In this document: positions 37,761 to 46,296 of the stretch, piece after piece | How positions within the stretch are numbered: the first letter of the stretch is position 1 | How the letters are laid out: each line of letters starts with the position of its first letter | NCBI GenBank assembly: GCA_041390105.1 | Contig: JAWKQO010000004.1 | Location: forward strand, 64,158 to 128,157 | Origin: Gemmatimonadota bacterium | GTDB lineage: Bacteria > Gemmatimonadota > Gemmatimonadetes > Longimicrobiales > Gaopeijiaceae | Length of the DNA stretch: 64,000 bases | Direction: 5' to 3' | Notes under the pieces: model-generated | Databases searched by the model: none | What the model was told of the DNA's origin: nothing | Seen by the model: the letters and a program-made list of their open reading frames with translations, nothing else | Program-made: the position numbers and the translations under genes

Positions 37761-38210
37761 ATGTCGCGCCTCGCATGTGTACTGCTGCTCGGCGCCGCCG
37801 CTTGTTCAGGGGACGCCCGTCCCGAGGTGGACGTCGGCGCCCTGGCCATCGCCGACACCATGCGGCAAGCCGAGGCGGCATACGACGTCGGCGCATTCGA
37901 TTCCATATCCTGGGCCAATGCCGACAAGGCCGCGGAGCGTGGCGCCGTGGTCTTCCGCTTCAGTTGTGAGAAGTGTCACGGCATGAGGGGGTACGGCAAC
38001 GGAGGGTTCGTGGCCCAGGGGGACACGGTGCGGCCACCGTCGTTCCGCGACGCAGACTGGCGCTTCGCCAACGATCACGAAGGGCTCCGGCGCCACATCT
38101 TCATCGGGACCGCCGAAGGGATGCCGCACTGGGGCCTGGAAGGGCTGAAGCCTCGCGACATCGACGCTGTCGCGTACTACCTGCGCGGTCCGCTGCGCAC
38201 GGGCCCATAG
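37761..38210 (+). CDS. Monoheme c-type cytochrome lipoprotein
   Basis: GGAGG lies 5 nt upstream of ATG 37761. MSRLACVLLLGAAACSG is a lipobox. Single heme motif CEKCHG; downstream GMPHWG is a possible Met ligand. Confidence 0.75.
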   Translation: MSRLACVLLLGAAACSGDARPEVDVGALAIADTMRQAEAAYDVGAFDSISWANADKAAERGAVVFRFSCEKCHGMRGYGNGGFVAQGDTVRPPSFRDADWRFANDHEGLRRHIFIGTAEGMPHWGLEGLKPRDIDAVAYYLRGPLRTGP

Positions 38211-38216
38211 TCGCTC

Positions 38217-38252
38217 GCGGGTGCGGCCCCCGACCCGGGAGGCCGCACCCGC
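38217..38252. terminator. Perfect 12-bp hairpin between convergent genes
   Basis: gcgggtgcggcc / 12-nt loop / ggccgcacccgc, between the cytochrome c stop (38210) and the fhs stop (38261). Confidence 0.5.
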
Positions 38253-38260
38253 GTGGTGGA

Positions 38261-39928
38261 TCACGCCAGTCCGCGGATCGTCCCGTCGGGCTCGATGCTC
38301 ATGGCTTCCGCCGCCGGCGTGGCCGCGAGGCCAGGCATGGTCATGATGTCGCCGGTCTTGGCCACGACGAATCCCGCTCCCGCTGATGCCGTCACTTCGC
38401 GCACGGTGATACGGAAACCGCTGGGCCGGCCCAGGCGCTTGGGGTCGTCCGAGAACGAGTACTGGGTCTTGGCGATGCAGACCGGGACGCCACCCAGACC
38501 CAGCTCCTGGAGACGCCCGATCTCCTTGGCGGCGGCGGGCAGGAAGTCCACTCCGTCCGCGCCGTAGATCTCCTTCGCGACCGTCTCGATCTTCTCGGCC
38601 AATCCCAGGTCGTCGGGATACAGGGGCCGGAAATCGGCAGTTCCTCCCTGGACCGTATCCCAGACGGCGTCGGCCAGGTCGAGGCAGCCTTCGCCACCCC
38701 CACCCCAGGGATCCGCTTCCACAGCCGTAACGCCGGCGGCCCGGCAGGCCGCCAGAACCTCCTTCACCTCCGCATCGGTGTCGCTGGTGAAGCGATTCAG
38801 CGCGACCACAGGCGGCACCCCGAACTTCCGGACATTCTCGACATGCCCGAGGAGATTCACCACGCCGCGCTTGACGGCCTCGACGTTCTCACCAGCGAGC
38901 TGCGATAGGGGCACGCCGCCGTGCATCTTGAGTGCCCGCACAGTGGCCACCACGACCGCGGCCGCTGGCTTCAGGCCGCCGAATCGACACTTGATGTCGA
39001 AGAACTTCTCCGCGCCCAGGTCGGCGCCAAAACCGGCCTCGGTCACCACGACGTCGCCCAGGCGCAGGCCCGACTCGGTGGCCATGAGCGAGTTGCATCC
39101 GTGTGCGATGTTCGCGAAAGGCCCCCCATGTACGAGGGCCGGAGTCCCACCCAGCGTCTGCACGAGATTGGGCTGGAGGGCGTCGCGGAGAAGGACGGTC
39201 ATGGCCGGGGGCGCCTTGATCTCACGGGCCCGCACCGGAGTGCCATCGCGTGTATAGGCCACGATCATGTCGCCAAGACGGCGTTCCAGATCCTGCAGAT
39301 CGCGGGAGAGGCAGAAGACGGCCATCACCTCGGAAGCGGCGGTGATCACGAATCCGTTCTCGCGAGGCACACCGCCGGCAGTGCCGCCGAGTCCGATGAC
39401 GATCTGGCGAAGCGCCCGATCGTTCATGTCGACGGCGCGTGGCCATACCACGCGCCGCACGTCGATGCCAGCCGTGTTGGGCCGGTAGATGTGGTTGTCC
39501 AGCATCGCCGACAGCAAGGCGTGCGCCGAGGTGATGGCGTGGAAGTCTCCGGTGAAGTGGAGATTGATGTCCACCATCGGCACCACCTGTGAATAACCTC
39601 CACCGGCCGCGCCGCCTTTGATCCCGAACACCGGCCCCAGGCTGGGCTCGCGCAGGCACAGGACCGGGTTCCTTTCGCGCAGCGCCAACGCGTCGGCGAG
39701 GCCCACCGAGACCGTCGATTTGCCCTCACCGGCCGGAGTGGGCGTGATGCCCGTCACCAGGATCAGCTTTCCAGAGCGGTCTGGACGGCTCCGGATGGTC
39801 GCGACCGGCACCTTGGCCTTCGTGCGGCCGTAGGGTTCGATGTCATCGGCCCCCAGCCCGATCCTGGCGGCGATCTCAGCGATGGGGCGAAGGGTGTGGG
39901 ACTGGGCGATCTCGATGTCCGTGGGCAC
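38261..39928 (-). CDS. fhs: Formate--tetrahydrofolate ligase
   Basis: [19 protein letters not shown]...[22 protein letters not shown]...[14 protein letters not shown]...[14 protein letters not shown] 39928 has AAGGAAG 5 nt upstream and gives the usual length of about 555 aa. ATG 40006 is the longer alternative. Confidence 0.95.
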   Translation of the reverse strand: MPTDIEIAQSHTLRPIAEIAARIGLGADDIEPYGRTKAKVPVATIRSRPDRSGKLILVTGITPTPAGEGKSTVSVGLADALALRERNPVLCLREPSLGPVFGIKGGAAGGGYSQVVPMVDINLHFTGDFHAITSAHALLSAMLDNHIYRPNTAGIDVRRVVWPRAVDMNDRALRQIVIGLGGTAGGVPRENGFVITAASEVMAVFCLSRDLQDLERRLGDMIVAYTRDGTPVRAREIKAPPAMTVLLRDALQPNLVQTLGGTPALVHGGPFANIAHGCNSLMATESGLRLGDVVVTEAGFGADLGAEKFFDIKCRFGGLKPAAAVVVATVRALKMHGGVPLSQLAGENVEAVKRGVVNLLGHVENVRKFGVPPVVALNRFTSDTDAEVKEVLAACRAAGVTAVEADPWGGGGEGCLDLADAVWDTVQGGTADFRPLYPDDLGLAEKIETVAKEIYGADGVDFLPAAAKEIGRLQELGLGGVPVCIAKTQYSFSDDPKRLGRPSGFRITVREVTASAGAGFVVAKTGDIMTMPGLAATPAAEAMSIEPDGTIRGLA

Positions 39929-40068
39929 GGCGACTTCCTTCGTGACAGAGGGTCCGTGGTCGGCAGCTCCGGCCACCGGACGGGCAGCGCGGAAAGGCCC
40001 GGACATCCTTCACGCCCCGAACGGATGCGTCAACTGCGGGTGTCCGGGTCCACCCGCAGCCCTGACAC

Positions 40069-40917
40069 CTAGTTCGTGGCGAGGACGGCGCGCAGCCGGC
40101 GCTCGGCGCCGCGGAAGCCCAGGTTGGAGACGTAGACCTTGTCCGCACCGACCGACCGAAGCGAACGGATGGTGCGGGCCGCGATGTCCTCCGGGGTGGC
40201 CCCCCCCTGGAACTCGTCGGTCAGCGCCTCGAGGGGCACGGGGAAGTAGTCGGCCAGCCGCTCCAACGTCCGCGGATTGGCGCTGCGGTACAGGAAGACG
40301 CCGAACACGACGGGAAGGTCGACCCCCGCCTGGTCCAGCGCCTTCAGCAAGGCCTCCACCCGATCGAGGGAATGGTGCGAGACCACCTGCGTCAGGATGA
40401 AATCCGCCGTGAACGCCGGGTCGGCCGCAAAGGCAACCTGCTCTTCGAGGCGCCGATGGGGGTTGATCCAGCCGCCGAGCGCGAGTCCCGGGACCGTGGA
40501 CCGGATCTTCTGGCGCAGCTCGTAGGCGTGAGGCACGCAGCGCGGCGGCCCCCCGAAGCGGTCCCCGCCCAATACGGTCAGTGCCTCGAACCCGGCCGAA
40601 GCCGCTCGCGACGCGTAGAGCAGGCAGTACTCCAGCGTGTGCTTGCAGGTGAGGAACGGTGCGATCCCCTTGGGGGAGACACCGCTCGGGAGATTGGCCG
40701 TGAGGTGTGCCAGGTTCTCCTCTTCCTCGACGGCCACGGCATTGTCGGTGATCAGCACCGGACGACCCGCGCGGGCCAGTGCCTGGAGCGAGTGGTGCAT
40801 GTCGATCCAGACGTCCATGCTCTCCTGGGCCCCCAACCCGCTGCGCGGTGGCCGCAGCTCGACCGACACGAGCGGGCCCGGGGTACGCAAGCGCTCGACG
40901 ATCCCCTCGGTGTTCAC
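40069..40917 (-). CDS. Divergent methylenetetrahydrofolate reductase (MetF)-like protein
   Basis: GTG 40917 overlaps the pepP stop as GTGA. VSVELRPPRSG, PFLTCKH, LTVLGGD and FILTQVVSH parallel the E. coli MetF blocks FSFEFFPPRT, PHLTC, IVALRGD and AITQFFFD. The sequence is otherwise divergent. Confidence 0.6.
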   Translation of the reverse strand: MNTEGIVERLRTPGPLVSVELRPPRSGLGAQESMDVWIDMHHSLQALARAGRPVLITDNAVAVEEEENLAHLTANLPSGVSPKGIAPFLTCKHTLEYCLLYASRAASAGFEALTVLGGDRFGGPPRCVPHAYELRQKIRSTVPGLALGGWINPHRRLEEQVAFAADPAFTADFILTQVVSHHSLDRVEALLKALDQAGVDLPVVFGVFLYRSANPRTLERLADYFPVPLEALTDEFQGGATPEDIAARTIRSLRSVGADKVYVSNLGFRGAERRLRAVLATN

Positions 40918-42251
40918 CCACCCACTCCATCGCGCAGCGCCAGCACGGACTCCAGGTCGTCCGGCAGCGCAGCCGTGAGGTTCTCGACGCCTTGGGCGGT
41001 CACCAACGCGTCGTCTTCGATCCGGATCCCCAGCCCCCGCAGTTCGCTCGGAGCACGCTCGTCGTCCGCCGGGATGTAGATCCCCGGCTCGACGGTCAGC
41101 ACCATCCCTGGCTCGAACGTTCGCGAGGCCCCGTGCACGCGGTAGGCGCCCACATCGTGCACATCCAGTCCGAGCCAATGGCTGGCCTTGTGGGGAATCA
41201 GCGCCTTGAAGCGGGCGCGGCGGACCTCTTCGTCACCGGCAGGAACGACCCCCAGCGCGGTCAGCGCTTCCTCCAGACGAGTCCGCACGGCGCTCTCCAC
41301 ATCATCGATGGTGGCCCCGGGCCGGATCGTGTCGAACCCTGCACGCTTGGCGTTCAGGACGGCCGCGTACAACTCCCCGGCCAGGGGGTGGGGGCGACCG
41401 GCCACGGGGAGCGTTCGCGTCACGTCGCCGGCGTATGCCGCCGCTTCGGCCCCGGCGTCGATCAACACCCATCCTTGATCCGGAAGCGGCTGATCGTTGG
41501 CCGTGTAGTGGAGCACACAGGCCCGGGGCCCACCGCCCACGATCGTGCCGAACGCGGGTCCCTGTGCCCGCTGCCGCAGGAAGGCACCTTCCAGGGCAGC
41601 CTGCACCTCCCACTCCCCTGCCCCCGCTCGCACCGCGGCGACTCCGGCGCGGAACCCCTCCACGGTGATCGCACACGCATGTCGGATCCGCTCCAGCTCT
41701 TCGGCGTCCTTGATGAGCCGCATGTCATCCAGAACGGCCCCGGGATCGAGGACCCCGACCGGTCGCCCACCGTGGCGTTGGGCACGACTCCGCGCCGACG
41801 TCAGAGTCTGGAGCAGCAGCCGATCGAGCCCTTCCTCCGAGCCCAGGCGTGCGTACAGGTGCTCGGCGCCGTCCAACAGCTGCGGCAACCGCTCAGACAA
41901 CTCGGAGATGGGGTAGGCGGCGTCCGCCCGGAGGAGCTCCCTTGCTCCGTCACATCCCAGCCGGGCGCCGGTCCACAGCTCCGCTTCCGGCAGCCGGGGT
42001 GGCACGAACAGGACGAAACGGTCCTCGTCTGCGTGCGCCCTCAGCACGAGCACCGCATCCGGCTCACCCCAGCCACTCAGGTAGAGGAAGTCGCTCGTGG
42101 GTCGGAAGCGATACTCGCTATCCGCGTTCTTGAACCGCAGCGGCCCGGCACTCAGCACGAGGGCGGAGCTACCGAGCTGGTCTAGGACCCGCGCGCGTCG
42201 GGCGGAGAAGCGCGCCAAGGAGACCCCCGGTGACCGGTCCGCGATCAGCAC
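40914..42251 (-). CDS. pepP: Xaa-Pro aminopeptidase (M24B)
   Basis: N-terminal domain YRFRPTSDFLYLSGWGEPDAVLVL. Catalytic domain DAGAEAAAYAGDVTRT, SHWLGLDVHDVG, VLTVEPGIYIP and GIRIEDD. Start GTG 42251 lies 7 nt after the upstream stop. Confidence 0.9.
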   Translation of the reverse strand: MLIADRSPGVSLARFSARRARVLDQLGSSALVLSAGPLRFKNADSEYRFRPTSDFLYLSGWGEPDAVLVLRAHADEDRFVLFVPPRLPEAELWTGARLGCDGARELLRADAAYPISELSERLPQLLDGAEHLYARLGSEEGLDRLLLQTLTSARSRAQRHGGRPVGVLDPGAVLDDMRLIKDAEELERIRHACAITVEGFRAGVAAVRAGAGEWEVQAALEGAFLRQRAQGPAFGTIVGGGPRACVLHYTANDQPLPDQGWVLIDAGAEAAAYAGDVTRTLPVAGRPHPLAGELYAAVLNAKRAGFDTIRPGATIDDVESAVRTRLEEALTALGVVPAGDEEVRRARFKALIPHKASHWLGLDVHDVGAYRVHGASRTFEPGMVLTVEPGIYIPADDERAPSELRGLGIRIEDDALVTAQGVENLTAALPDDLESVLALRDGVGG

Positions 42252-42258
42252 GCGGTCG

Positions 42259-44370
42259 TCACGATTGCGGTGAAGCGCTGGCCCGAGCGGACTCGTTGCC
42301 GAGAAAGTGCTCGAACCACGAGCGGATGCGCTCGAGGCGATCGACGAGCAGCCAGGGCTCTCCCGTGCGAGAGAGCCCATGCGAAGAGCGCGGGTACCGG
42401 ACCAGTTCCGTCGGCACGCCTCGTTTCTTCAGCGCCATGAACCACTGCTCGCCGTCGCCGATCGGAGTGCGGTAGTCGTTCTCGGAGTGGATGATCAGCG
42501 TGGGAGCCGTGACGTTCTCCACGTAGGAGATCGGTGACAGCCGACGGTACAGCTCGCGCTGCTCCCAGGGTGGGCCGAAGAACTCGTACTCGGTGAGACC
42601 CTGTGCATCAGAGCTCCCGTACCAACTCTCCCAGTTCACGATGGAGCGCGAGGTGACCGCGGCGGCGAAACGATCGGTGGTCGCGGTCAGCCAATTGGTC
42701 ATGAACCCCCCGTAGCTCCCCCCCGAGACACCGATGCGGCGCGGATCGATGTCGGGAAACCGCTCGAGGGCCCGATCGACGGCCGTGAGGAAATCCTCCT
42801 TGTCCACCACTCCCCACTCCCCGCGCGTCGCGTACTGGAACGCATGGCCGTACCCGGAGGAGCCCCGTGGATTGGTGTACAACACGAAGAAGCCGGCCGC
42901 CGACAACACGTGGAATGTCGGAAAGAAGGTGTTTCCGTACGCGCCGTGGGGGCCGCCGTGGATCTTCAGGACCATGGGGTAGCGGGTCCCCTGGCGGTAG
43001 CCTACGGGCGGCACGATCCAGCCCTGGATCTCGGTGCCGTCCCGCACGCGGAACCGGACCTCCTCCGGACGCACCAGCGCGACCTGCGCCAGCCAGTCGT
43101 CGTTGAACGCGGTGGCCCGCTCTTCGCCGCTGCCGTCGCCACGCGCGACGAACAACTCCGTCGGCGTCACCGCATCGTTGGCCGTGTAGGCCATGACCTG
43201 ATCGTCCGCCGAGAACGAGACGTCGGCCAGTTGGCGCTCCCCGCGGGTGAGAACCTCCACAGCTCCACCTGCGGCCGGCACCTGGACCAGCTGGACATCC
43301 CCGCCAATCTGGGCCTGGAACCGCAGGAAGCGCCCGTCCGCGCTCCAGGTGGGAGGGCCGGGTGCGAGATCCCAGTTCTCCGTCAGGTTGACCGGGGAAG
43401 CCCGGAAGTTGCCGCTGTTGTCCAGCTCCACGACCTGGAGATCGGTCTCGGCTCCGCGGGCGGGCGTGGACAGAAAGGCCAGGTAGTGCCCGTCGGGGGA
43501 CAGGTGAGGAGCCGTCTCCGACCCCGGGTTGGAGGTCAAGCGCCGCACCCCACCACCCTCACTCGAGACCACCCAGATGTCCGAACTGGGCTCGCGCTCG
43601 CCTTCCTCGTCCTCGGAAGCATCGCCGGAGAAGAACAGCAGGCGCCCGTCCGCGGACCACAAGGGCGAACCCACGTTGAAGGGTACGTCGGTGAGTTGCT
43701 GGACCGCTCCACCTTCGGTGGAGACCGCGTAGAGCTGGCGTTTGGGCTCCGTCGAGAAATGCGGCCGCAGCGCGAGGGTACCGTCCCGCTTGTAGCGCGT
43801 GGAGGTGACCACGCGGCCATCGAAGCGCTCGGGATCGAGGGTGTGCGAGACGGCGTCCGGTGCCACCCAGCCTTCCCGCGTGCCCGGGGCGCGCGGCGCC
43901 GCTGTGACGAAGGCGATCCACCGTCCGTCTGGAGACCACACCGGCGTACCCTCCACCCCGTCGATGTGGAAGGCCTCTCCACCGCTGGCCTGGACACGCA
44001 GGAACCAGGTGGTGTTGGGATCATCCCCCCGCTTGGAGTCGAAGGCCAGCAGGCGACCGTCGGGAGACCACGTCGGTGCAGTGGCCTCGTCCGTCGGTGC
44101 GGTGAAGCGGTAGGGTCGTCCCGCCGGGCGACCGCCGGAGAGGGACTGCATCCACACTTCCCGGTGCCGACGATTCTCGGCTTCCACGACGGTGGTCACC
44201 ACGAACGCCACTTCCGTCCCCTGCGGCGACACCTGCACGTCGCCCACGGTCACCAGGCGATAGTAGTCCGAGGGCTGATAGCCTCGGGTCTGGCCCAATG
44301 CGGCGGGCGGAGCCAGAGCCGGAACGCAGGTCACCAACGCGGTGATGGCGAGGAGGGGGCGGATGGGCAT
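42259..44370 (-). CDS. S9 family serine peptidase with N-terminal beta-propeller
   Basis: ATG 44370 gives MPIRPLLAITALVTCVPALAPPAALGQ, a signal peptide. Repeated SPDG/WSPDGR propeller motifs. Nucleophile elbow GVSGGSYGGFMT, acid residue IIHSENDYRTP, and His RSSHGLS. Confidence 0.9.
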   Translation of the reverse strand: MPIRPLLAITALVTCVPALAPPAALGQTRGYQPSDYYRLVTVGDVQVSPQGTEVAFVVTTVVEAENRRHREVWMQSLSGGRPAGRPYRFTAPTDEATAPTWSPDGRLLAFDSKRGDDPNTTWFLRVQASGGEAFHIDGVEGTPVWSPDGRWIAFVTAAPRAPGTREGWVAPDAVSHTLDPERFDGRVVTSTRYKRDGTLALRPHFSTEPKRQLYAVSTEGGAVQQLTDVPFNVGSPLWSADGRLLFFSGDASEDEEGEREPSSDIWVVSSEGGGVRRLTSNPGSETAPHLSPDGHYLAFLSTPARGAETDLQVVELDNSGNFRASPVNLTENWDLAPGPPTWSADGRFLRFQAQIGGDVQLVQVPAAGGAVEVLTRGERQLADVSFSADDQVMAYTANDAVTPTELFVARGDGSGEERATAFNDDWLAQVALVRPEEVRFRVRDGTEIQGWIVPPVGYRQGTRYPMVLKIHGGPHGAYGNTFFPTFHVLSAAGFFVLYTNPRGSSGYGHAFQYATRGEWGVVDKEDFLTAVDRALERFPDIDPRRIGVSGGSYGGFMTNWLTATTDRFAAAVTSRSIVNWESWYGSSDAQGLTEYEFFGPPWEQRELYRRLSPISYVENVTAPTLIIHSENDYRTPIGDGEQWFMALKKRGVPTELVRYPRSSHGLSRTGEPWLLVDRLERIRSWFEHFLGNESARASASPQS

Positions 44371-44510
44371 CTTCCAACTCTGCTGGAACGTGGGGACCTG
44401 GCTCCAGGGGGTCGGGTAGCACCTGACGGTTCGGCGGCGACCCCGCGGGCAGGAATCTAGCAGGTCGCCAAAACCCCGCTCAACGGAGCCACTCCTCCCC
44501 TGGTCCCGGC

Positions 44511-46241
44511 ATGATTCCCCGGCAACCTTCGCCCAACGAGGGGCCAAAGGCGCTGCAGCGGTTGGCCGGGCTGGTGACCGCGCTGGCCCTCCTCGCAGCG
44601 CTCGCCCTCCCGGCCCAGGCTCAGGTCGTGCGCGGCACCCTGCGGGAGGCCGGCAGCGGCGCCCCCATCGAGGGTGCCATGGTGGTGCTGCTCGGCACGG
44701 ATGACGCGCCCGTGTACCAGGTGCTCACGGACGCGTCGGGTCGCTTCTTCATGGAGCGGCGCTCACCCGGCCGCTACCGCCTGCGGGCCGACCGCATCGG
44801 GCACGCCAGCTCCTACCATCCGGCGTTCACGTTGGCGGAAGCCGATACCGTCGCGGTGGAGATGATCGCGACCGTGGAGGCGATCCAACTGGAGGGCATC
44901 GACGTCGAAGGGGATACCCGGTGCCGCGTCCGACCGGAGGAGGGCCTCGCAGTCGCCACCGTTTGGGAAGAGGTACGCAAAGCGTTGGCGGCCGCTTCCT
45001 GGACCGGGGAGCATGGTGTCTTTCGCTACGACCTCACTCACCTCGATCGCAACCTCGATCGCAGGGCCCAACGCGTCGAGCGTGAAGATCGCCGTCTCGA
45101 GCGTACGTCTCGTCAACGAACGTTCATCAGCCTCCCCGCCGGGAAGCTCATCTCGGAGGGCTTCGTGGTCACAGACCGCGACGGCACCGTCTTCTACGGA
45201 CCCGACGCGGACGTGCTCCTCTCCGACGACTTCCTCGAGACCCATTGTTTCCGGCTGCGGCAGGGTCGCCGATCCAACGAGGGACTGTTGGGGCTGGGCT
45301 TCGAGCCGGTGGGAGGCCGTCGCCTGACGGAGATCAGCGGCACCCTGTGGCTCGATCCCTCCACCAGCGAGTTGCGCCTTCTCGAATGGCGCTACGTGAA
45401 CCTCCATCCCGACCTCGATAACGAGAACCTCGGTGGGCGGGTCGAGTTCGTGGCGCTCCCCAGTGGTCCCTGGATCATCCGCAAGTGGTGGATCCGGATG
45501 CCCCTCATCGGCCTCGACCCCCGCAACCGAGCCAATTCAGGCCGCCAGCTGGTCGGCATCCGCGAAACCGGCGCACAGGTCCGGCGCATCGCGGAGGCAA
45601 CCGGTCGCATCGTGATGGAGTTCGAAGGCGGGGCCGTGCAGGGGACCGTGCGCGGCGGGTACCAGGCCACACCCCTTTCGGGCGCCCAGGTCGAGATCGT
45701 CGGTGTGCCCATCGAGGTGCGAGCGGATCGAAGCGGGCGCTTCACGGCAGTGGGGCTCGAGGAGGGCACCTACGCCGTGCGCTTCTCGCATCCGAGCCTC
45801 GACTCCCTGGGGTTCCGAGCGCCCGACCGCCTGGTGGAGGTCCCCGACCAGGGTGTGGTCGAGCTGGAGCTGGTGGCCCCGACACCGTTCGAGATCATCG
45901 CCGCCCAATGCAGCGACGAAGAGATGTCGGCGGGCACCGCCGCCCTCATGGGCTTCCTGCGCCGGGAAGACACGGGCGAGCCGGCCACAGGGGCCACGCT
46001 GCGCGTGACCTGGGCGCGCTACGACGTCCCAGGCCAGGGCGTGGTGAGGGAGACCGCGTCCGGCGTGCGGGCGGTCCCCGACGAGCGCGGGTTCTACCTG
46101 GCGTGCGGAGTCCCCACCGACACCCCGCTCGAGGTGACGGTCGAGAACGGCGACCGACTTCCTTCGACGTCGCTGCGCATCCCCGCCGAGGAATGGCGGT
46201 GGTATTTCGACGCGGCCGTTCCCGGCGCACCCGTGCCCTAG
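44511..46241 (+). CDS. Secreted protein with two carboxypeptidase-regulatory-like (CarboxypepD_reg) domains
   Basis: Signal LVTALALLAALALPAQAQ. VVRGTLREAGSGAPIEGAMVVLLGTDDAPVYQVLTDASGRFFMERRSPGRYRLRA, and a second copy VQGTVRGGYQATPLSGAQVEIVGVPIEVRADRSGRFTAVGLEEGTYAVRF. I do not recognise the central ~300 aa. Confidence 0.6.
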   Translation: MIPRQPSPNEGPKALQRLAGLVTALALLAALALPAQAQVVRGTLREAGSGAPIEGAMVVLLGTDDAPVYQVLTDASGRFFMERRSPGRYRLRADRIGHASSYHPAFTLAEADTVAVEMIATVEAIQLEGIDVEGDTRCRVRPEEGLAVATVWEEVRKALAAASWTGEHGVFRYDLTHLDRNLDRRAQRVEREDRRLERTSRQRTFISLPAGKLISEGFVVTDRDGTVFYGPDADVLLSDDFLETHCFRLRQGRRSNEGLLGLGFEPVGGRRLTEISGTLWLDPSTSELRLLEWRYVNLHPDLDNENLGGRVEFVALPSGPWIIRKWWIRMPLIGLDPRNRANSGRQLVGIRETGAQVRRIAEATGRIVMEFEGGAVQGTVRGGYQATPLSGAQVEIVGVPIEVRADRSGRFTAVGLEEGTYAVRFSHPSLDSLGFRAPDRLVEVPDQGVVELELVAPTPFEIIAAQCSDEEMSAGTAALMGFLRREDTGEPATGATLRVTWARYDVPGQGVVRETASGVRAVPDERGFYLACGVPTDTPLEVTVENGDRLPSTSLRIPAEEWRWYFDAAVPGAPVP

Positions 46242-46296
46242 GCTCGGGGGGAGGCACCTGCCGCCGTCGCCTCCCTGGTAGTGTCGCCCGTCCCGG

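Noticed and set aside
42844-44460. 538-aa plus-strand ORF antisense to the S9 peptidase
   Set aside because: Same GC-driven artefact. The minus frame has the signal peptide, the propeller repeats and the catalytic triad.
46242-46296. Cobalamin or other riboswitch upstream of the TonB-dependent receptor
   Set aside because: Only 55 nt separate it from the preceding gene. That is too short for a riboswitch, and no B12-box is visible.
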